DNA of 64,000 nucleotides from Gammaproteobacteria bacterium (GTDB lineage Bacteria; Pseudomonadota; Gammaproteobacteria; QZLD01): NCBI GenBank assembly GCA_033852155.1, contig JAWSVA010000008.1, positions 1,612 to 65,611 of the forward strand, read 5' to 3'. Shown piece by piece: positions 59,711 to 64,000 of this stretch (position 1 is its first letter; each line of letters starts with the position of its first letter). The notes under the pieces were generated by a model. It saw only the letters and a program-made list of their open reading frames with translations, ran no database searches and was not told where the DNA came from. The position numbers and the translations under genes were made by a program.

Positions 59711-59973
59711 CATTCTGGCCTAAGGGTTTTGAATCCAGCCTAAGAAAATCCTAATGGCATAGCAATTAAATTCTGTTCAAGAATTTATTAAACTAACATT
59801 TGCCATCCCCCTCTTTTTTTTCAGCTTTCTCCAATACACACAATGCGCCCCACAAAGAGATATGTCGATGTCGCCATTAATAATAATGTGTGCTAATGTT
59901 TTATAGTGAATATTTAAGGTGGTGTATTAGTTAATGCTTGTAGCAATTGATTGAGGGTATCTTGGGGGCGTAA

Positions 59974-60726
59974 ATGTTAAAGAAAAGAAAATTGCTAAGT
60001 ATTGTTACGCTGTTATTTGTGCAGTTAAATATTAGCTTTGCGGTTGAAGCAAAATCTTTTGCGTGTGGAGTATCTGATGGATATCCGCCATATCAATTTA
60101 AGGATTCAAGTGGAGAGGCAACAGGGTTTGATATTGATGTTCTGCGTTTGGTCTTTCAAAAAGCCGAGCAGGAAATTGTTTTTCGCCAGATGAACTGGGA
60201 TGACGTTGTAGGCTTATTAGGGTTTACAAAAGAATTAGATTGCGCCGCTGGAATGGAAATAAGCGAAATCCGGAAGACCCGTTTTGACTTTACGTCTCCT
60301 TATTACTACAGAAAGATTGCAATATTTGCTTTGTCAGGTAATACCTCAATTAATAAAGTAGAGGATTTAATATACAAGAAAATCACTGGGGATAGACATT
60401 CCTCATTTGAGGAGATGTTGGAGCAAAAGGGAATAAGAGGATTTATTCGCATTAAACAGACAAAAAGCAAAGAAGAATCTATAGCCTTACTAAAGTCAGG
60501 GGAGTTTGTTGCAATGATAGCTCCTAAAGAGGTGGGGTTTTATCTTGCAGAAAAATTTAATGTCAAAGTTAAGATTATTGCTGAAGCAGAACAGAAAAGC
60601 CCAGTTGCAATAGCCGTAAAAAAAGGGAATTTAGGCCTGTTGAATATGTTAGAAGACGCGCTGCACAAGTTGGTCAATGAGGGGGTAATCGATAGGCTGT
60701 ATCGAGAGAGGTTTGGATCTAACTAG
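59974..60726 (+). CDS. Family-3 periplasmic substrate-binding protein (amino-acid type), orphan
   Basis: 250 aa. Signal peptide, YPPYQF, GFDIDV and TSPYY motifs of SBP_bac_3. No adjacent permease or ATPase. Confidence 0.7.
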   Translation: MLKKRKLLSIVTLLFVQLNISFAVEAKSFACGVSDGYPPYQFKDSSGEATGFDIDVLRLVFQKAEQEIVFRQMNWDDVVGLLGFTKELDCAAGMEISEIRKTRFDFTSPYYYRKIAIFALSGNTSINKVEDLIYKKITGDRHSSFEEMLEQKGIRGFIRIKQTKSKEESIALLKSGEFVAMIAPKEVGFYLAEKFNVKVKIIAEAEQKSPVAIAVKKGNLGLLNMLEDALHKLVNEGVIDRLYRERFGSN

Positions 60727-60886
60727 GTTGTGAAATAATTCTTAACCAATATTTAGGCATGTTTTACATGGGAAGTTGCCTTGGTAGAATTATGGTATGC
60801 ATCATTAATTTTATAAGTGTTTTTTGGAAAATTAACGAGATATGCAAACTAGCACTTTGTGCTTGAAATAAAAACCATTTTCTCTA

Positions 60887-60906
60887 TACTGTAAAAACAT
60901 ACAGTG
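60887..60906 (+). promoter_or_regulatory. LexA (SOS) box upstream of cinA-recA
   Basis: TACTGTAAAAACATACAGTG fits CTGT-N8-ACAG exactly. It lies 45 bp upstream of the cinA ATG. Confidence 0.8.
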
Positions 60907-60950
60907 TTTTTGTTAAGTTGTTTATACGGAAGTGAGATGGTGAAGGAAGC

Positions 60951-61439
60951 ATGACCCAATCCCTAGAAAACCTAACCCAAGAAGTTGCTAGCCTGCTGCA
61001 AAGTAAGAATCTTACAGTGGCGACGGCTGAGTCATGTACTGGTGGTTGGATTGGTAAGATGTTGACCGATATCTCAGGAAGTTCAGCTTATTACCCCGGC
61101 GGAGTTATCGCCTATTCAAACGATATCAAGCATAAGGTGCTCGGTGTCGCAGCAGAAGACCTTAACAAATACGGTGCTGTTTCAAGTCAGGTTGCACAGG
61201 CAATGGCTCTTGGTGCAAAAAGTGTTTTTGCCGCTGATATTGCAGTAGCAGTTACCGGAATCGCAGGGCCAACTGGTGGTAGTGCAGATAAGCCAGTTGG
61301 AACAGTTTGGTTTGCATGGGCACTGCCAGATGGGAGTGTTGTTGCTAAGGAAGAACGTTTTACAGATTCGAGAGAAGATGTAAGAAAATCAACGGTGTAT
61401 AAGGCGCTAGATCAAATTAGGCAAATAATAGCTGAATAG
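60951..61439 (+). CDS. pncC: CinA C-terminal-domain protein / nicotinamide-nucleotide amidohydrolase PncC
   Basis: 162 aa. TVATAESCTGGWIGKMLTDISGSS, GGVIAYSN and TGIAGPTGG. Confidence 0.88.
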   Translation: MTQSLENLTQEVASLLQSKNLTVATAESCTGGWIGKMLTDISGSSAYYPGGVIAYSNDIKHKVLGVAAEDLNKYGAVSSQVAQAMALGAKSVFAADIAVAVTGIAGPTGGSADKPVGTVWFAWALPDGSVVAKEERFTDSREDVRKSTVYKALDQIRQIIAE

Positions 61440-61499
61440 ATTTGCGAGAGTGAGTACACTAGCAAAAGTTTATGAATTCATACGATTAAGGTGTTAAAA

Positions 61500-62525
61500 A
61501 TGGATGAAAACAAAAAGAAGGCGCTGACCGCGGCCTTATCACAGATTGACCGTCAATTTGGTAAAGGTTCTGTAATGCGTCTGGGTGACCACCCTCGTCA
61601 GGCAATCCCTGCGATATCAACTGGTTCTATTGGCTTGGATATAGCTTTAGGAATTGGTGGTCTACCAAAAGGAAGGATTGTTGAGATATACGGTCCAGAA
61701 TCATCTGGTAAAACTACTCTGACTCTTCAGGTTATTGCTGAAGCACAAAAGAATGGTGATACTTGCGCCTTTATCGATGCAGAACACGCATTAGATCCTC
61801 TGTATGCTGAAAAGCTTGGTTGTAATGTTGATGATTTATTAGTCTCGCAGCCAGATACTGGTGAACAGGCTTTAGAGATCTGCGATATGTTGGTTCGCTC
61901 TGGTGCTGTAGATGTGATTATTATTGATTCGGTTGCGGCGCTTACACCAAAGGCTGAAATTGAGGGTGATATGGGTGATTCCCATATGGGTTTACAAGCC
62001 AGGCTTATGAGTCAGGCGTTGCGTAAACTTACCGGAAATGTAAAAACAGCTAACTGCTTGGTTGTCTTTATTAACCAGATTCGTATGAAGATTGGCGTGA
62101 TGTTTGGCAACCCAGAGACCACAACCGGTGGTAATGCTCTTAAGTTTTATGCATCTGTTCGTCTTGATATCAGAAGAACCGGAGCCATCAAAAATGGTGA
62201 TGAGGTTGTAGGTAACGAGACCAGAGTTAAAGTGGTTAAGAACAAGGTTTCCCCTCCATTTAGACAGGCAGAATTCCAGATTATGTACGGCAAAGGGATC
62301 TACCGTATGGGTGAGATTCTGGATCTTGGAGTTAAAGAGGGGTTTCTGGAAAAAGCTGGTGCCTGGTATAGTCATAACGGAACTAAGATCGGACAGGGTA
62401 AAGCTAACGCTGCAAAATACCTTGAGGAAAATCCTGAGATTTCAGGAGCTGTCGAGGCGCAAATTAGAGATAGTTTGCTCGATCTTGATGTAACCCCAGA
62501 AGCAGAAGAGAAAGCAGAAGCATAA
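61500..62525 (+). CDS. recA: Recombinase RecA
   Basis: MDENKKKAL...[22 protein letters not shown] and [37 protein letters not shown]. The ATG at 61500 follows an AAGGTG SD; the track ORF begins at GTG 61491. Confidence 0.96.
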   Translation: MDENKKKALTAALSQIDRQFGKGSVMRLGDHPRQAIPAISTGSIGLDIALGIGGLPKGRIVEIYGPESSGKTTLTLQVIAEAQKNGDTCAFIDAEHALDPLYAEKLGCNVDDLLVSQPDTGEQALEICDMLVRSGAVDVIIIDSVAALTPKAEIEGDMGDSHMGLQARLMSQALRKLTGNVKTANCLVVFINQIRMKIGVMFGNPETTTGGNALKFYASVRLDIRRTGAIKNGDEVVGNETRVKVVKNKVSPPFRQAEFQIMYGKGIYRMGEILDLGVKEGFLEKAGAWYSHNGTKIGQGKANAAKYLEENPEISGAVEAQIRDSLLDLDVTPEAEEKAEA

Positions 62526-62672
62526 CGTAATGTAAACTGGGTTATTCCTTATGGTTTAACCCAGTATAATATCCAAGTGGTTTCGGTTACATTTAATTTG
62601 CTTGAATATTATGTTGCTCTTCGTTACGTTCCAACCTACATTTAAACGAATTCTATTCGATAAATATTAATC

Positions 62673-63644
62673 ATGACGCAACCACTATTGCAGGTATCAA
62701 ATCTAAAAAAATACTTTCCGATTCATTCTGGGGTATTCCTGCGTCAAAGTGGCAATGTTTATGCTGTCGATGATGTCTCTTTCCATGTTAATGCTGGCGA
62801 AACTTTAGGAATCGTTGGGGAATCTGGTTGCGGTAAGAGTACAGTTGGTAAAACTATCTTACGTCTGCATGAACCAACTGCAGGACAAATAACCTACCAA
62901 GGCCGCGATATCTGTGCGCTCGGCCATAAAGAGATGGTATCGCTCCGACGCGAGATGCAGATTATCTTTCAAGACCCATTTGCTTCTCTTAATTCACGTC
63001 ATACCGTTGGCACCATACTGCAAGAACCATTTGTGATTCACAAGATTGGCTCCGAGCAAGAAAGGCGAAAATGGGTGGAAGAGTTATTAGATAAGGTGGG
63101 ACTACCTTTAGATAGCTACCATAGATATCCACATGAATTTTCCGGCGGACAAAGACAAAGAATCGGTATCGCGCGCGCAATTGCTCTAAAGCCAAAATTG
63201 ATTGTATGTGATGAGCCGGTTTCTGCACTCGATGTATCGGTGCAGTCGCAAGTGATAAATCTATTACTCGATCTACAGCAAGAGATGGGATTGTCTCTCA
63301 TCTTTATAGCACACGATTTGGCCGTAGTGCGCCATGTATCAGATAGAGTAGTGGTGATGTATCTCGGCAAGATAGTGGAATCAGCCTCCGCCGAGGTGAT
63401 CTATCAGAATCCACAGCATCCATACACACGTTCACTTATTGATGCTATTCCGGTAGCAGATCCAAAAAGGCAAAAGAACAAACAACGTCTAAGTGGAGAG
63501 GTGCCATCACCAATCGATCCACCTGCTGGTTGTTATTTTCATACTCGTTGTCCTCAATGTTTTGAACGCTGCAAAATAGATGCGCCGTTACTGCAGGAAT
63601 GTGGTAGTAGTCATGAGGCAGCATGTCATTTACTTGATGATTAG
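62673..63644 (+). CDS. ABC transporter ATP-binding protein (OppF/DppF-like)
   Basis: 323 aa. [33 protein letters not shown] and C-terminal GCYFHTRCP. Confidence 0.88.
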   Translation: MTQPLLQVSNLKKYFPIHSGVFLRQSGNVYAVDDVSFHVNAGETLGIVGESGCGKSTVGKTILRLHEPTAGQITYQGRDICALGHKEMVSLRREMQIIFQDPFASLNSRHTVGTILQEPFVIHKIGSEQERRKWVEELLDKVGLPLDSYHRYPHEFSGGQRQRIGIARAIALKPKLIVCDEPVSALDVSVQSQVINLLLDLQQEMGLSLIFIAHDLAVVRHVSDRVVVMYLGKIVESASAEVIYQNPQHPYTRSLIDAIPVADPKRQKNKQRLSGEVPSPIDPPAGCYFHTRCPQCFERCKIDAPLLQECGSSHEAACHLLDD

Positions 63645-63651
63645 CTTTGAA

Positions 63652-63690
63652 GATCCCTGAGCGTAGCCGAAGGGTCAGTAAATTAATGAG
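63652..63690. repeat. REP-like repeat locus R8
   Basis: GATCCCTGAGCGTAGCCGAAGGGTCAGTAAATTAATGAG, nearly identical to the first core of R3. Confidence 0.7.
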
Positions 63691-63798
63691 TTTGATGAGA
63701 TTTTAGATGCGCTGATTTAGCTTGTTTGTAATATTCCCCGGTGCATTTTTATTATCAAAACTCTAAAATATAAAAAACAACCAAATCTAGGAAACCTC

Positions 63799-64000
63799 AT
63801 GGAAGAGAAACAAGATAACGCAAACTTACTCCTATCGGTTACCGATCTATCTGTTGCCTTTGGTGAAGGCAGTTCTGCCATTATTGAAAAAATATCATTT
63901 TATATAGATAAGGGTGAGACTGTTGCCTTAGTTGGCGAGAGTGGTTCTGGCAAATCGGTTTCTGCGATGTCAGTGTTACAACTTCTACCTTACCCTTATG
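63799..64000 (+). CDS. ABC transporter ATP-binding protein, N-terminal fragment (peptide/YejF-like), runs off the right edge
   Basis: MEEKQDNANLLLSVTDLSVAFGEG...GETVALVGESGSGKSVSAMSVLQLLPYPY read from the sequence. Walker A is present. Confidence 0.75.
   Translation, partial: MEEKQDNANLLLSVTDLSVAFGEGSSAIIEKISFYIDKGETVALVGESGSGKSVSAMSVLQLLPYPY

Noticed and set aside
62535-62565. Hairpin AACTGGGTTA...TAACCCAGT after recA as a terminator
   Set aside because: The stem is good, but the loop is about 11 nt and there is no T-tract. It is plausible but not supportable from sequence alone.

Overview
This window looks like a chromosomal segment of an AT-rich Gammaproteobacterium. The conserved backbone is sucC, pilS-pilR-pilA, pilB-pilC-pilD-coaE-zapD-yacG, a moxR/bat operon, divergent bamD/rluD, a yejB-yejE-yejA-type peptide ABC transporter, mutS and cinA-recA. 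I recognised no rRNA, tRNA, CRISPR array, integrase or transposase. The type IV pilus (T4P) locus is interrupted by two low-GC blocks. (i) About 4.2-27.6 kb: pilA is flanked by two paralogous multi-TM/helical-repeat (GT-C-like) membrane proteins and followed by a polyprenyl-phosphate glycosyltransferase. Next comes a ~17 kb ABC-transporter-dependent glycan cluster with 8 further glycosyltransferases, 4 SAM methyltransferases, wecB, wzm/wzt and gmd/fcl. (ii) 32.0-34.5 kb: an MBOAT O-acyltransferase and a putative SGNH/DltD-like partner sit between pilD and coaE. The right half is housekeeping sequence interspersed with small accessory modules: LemA-DUF3137, ParE-Phd, a DUF1016-N/SNase-like fusion, an RRM protein, and a membrane protein with a CxxC-x29-CxxC tail. 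It also carries at least eight loci of a REP-like intergenic repeat family (core CTGAGCGTAGCCGAAGGG) that is absent from the low-GC glycan block. Regulatory signals read directly from the sequence are a sigma-54 promoter with upstream direct repeats before pilA, a LexA box before cinA-recA, and an (AATTAAAG)x6 microsatellite abutting the pilC ribosome-binding site. The best candidate for something new is a pilin-linked GT-C/TPR plus Und-P-sugar synthase glycosylation module. All functional calls rest on motif recognition by eye, with no database search.
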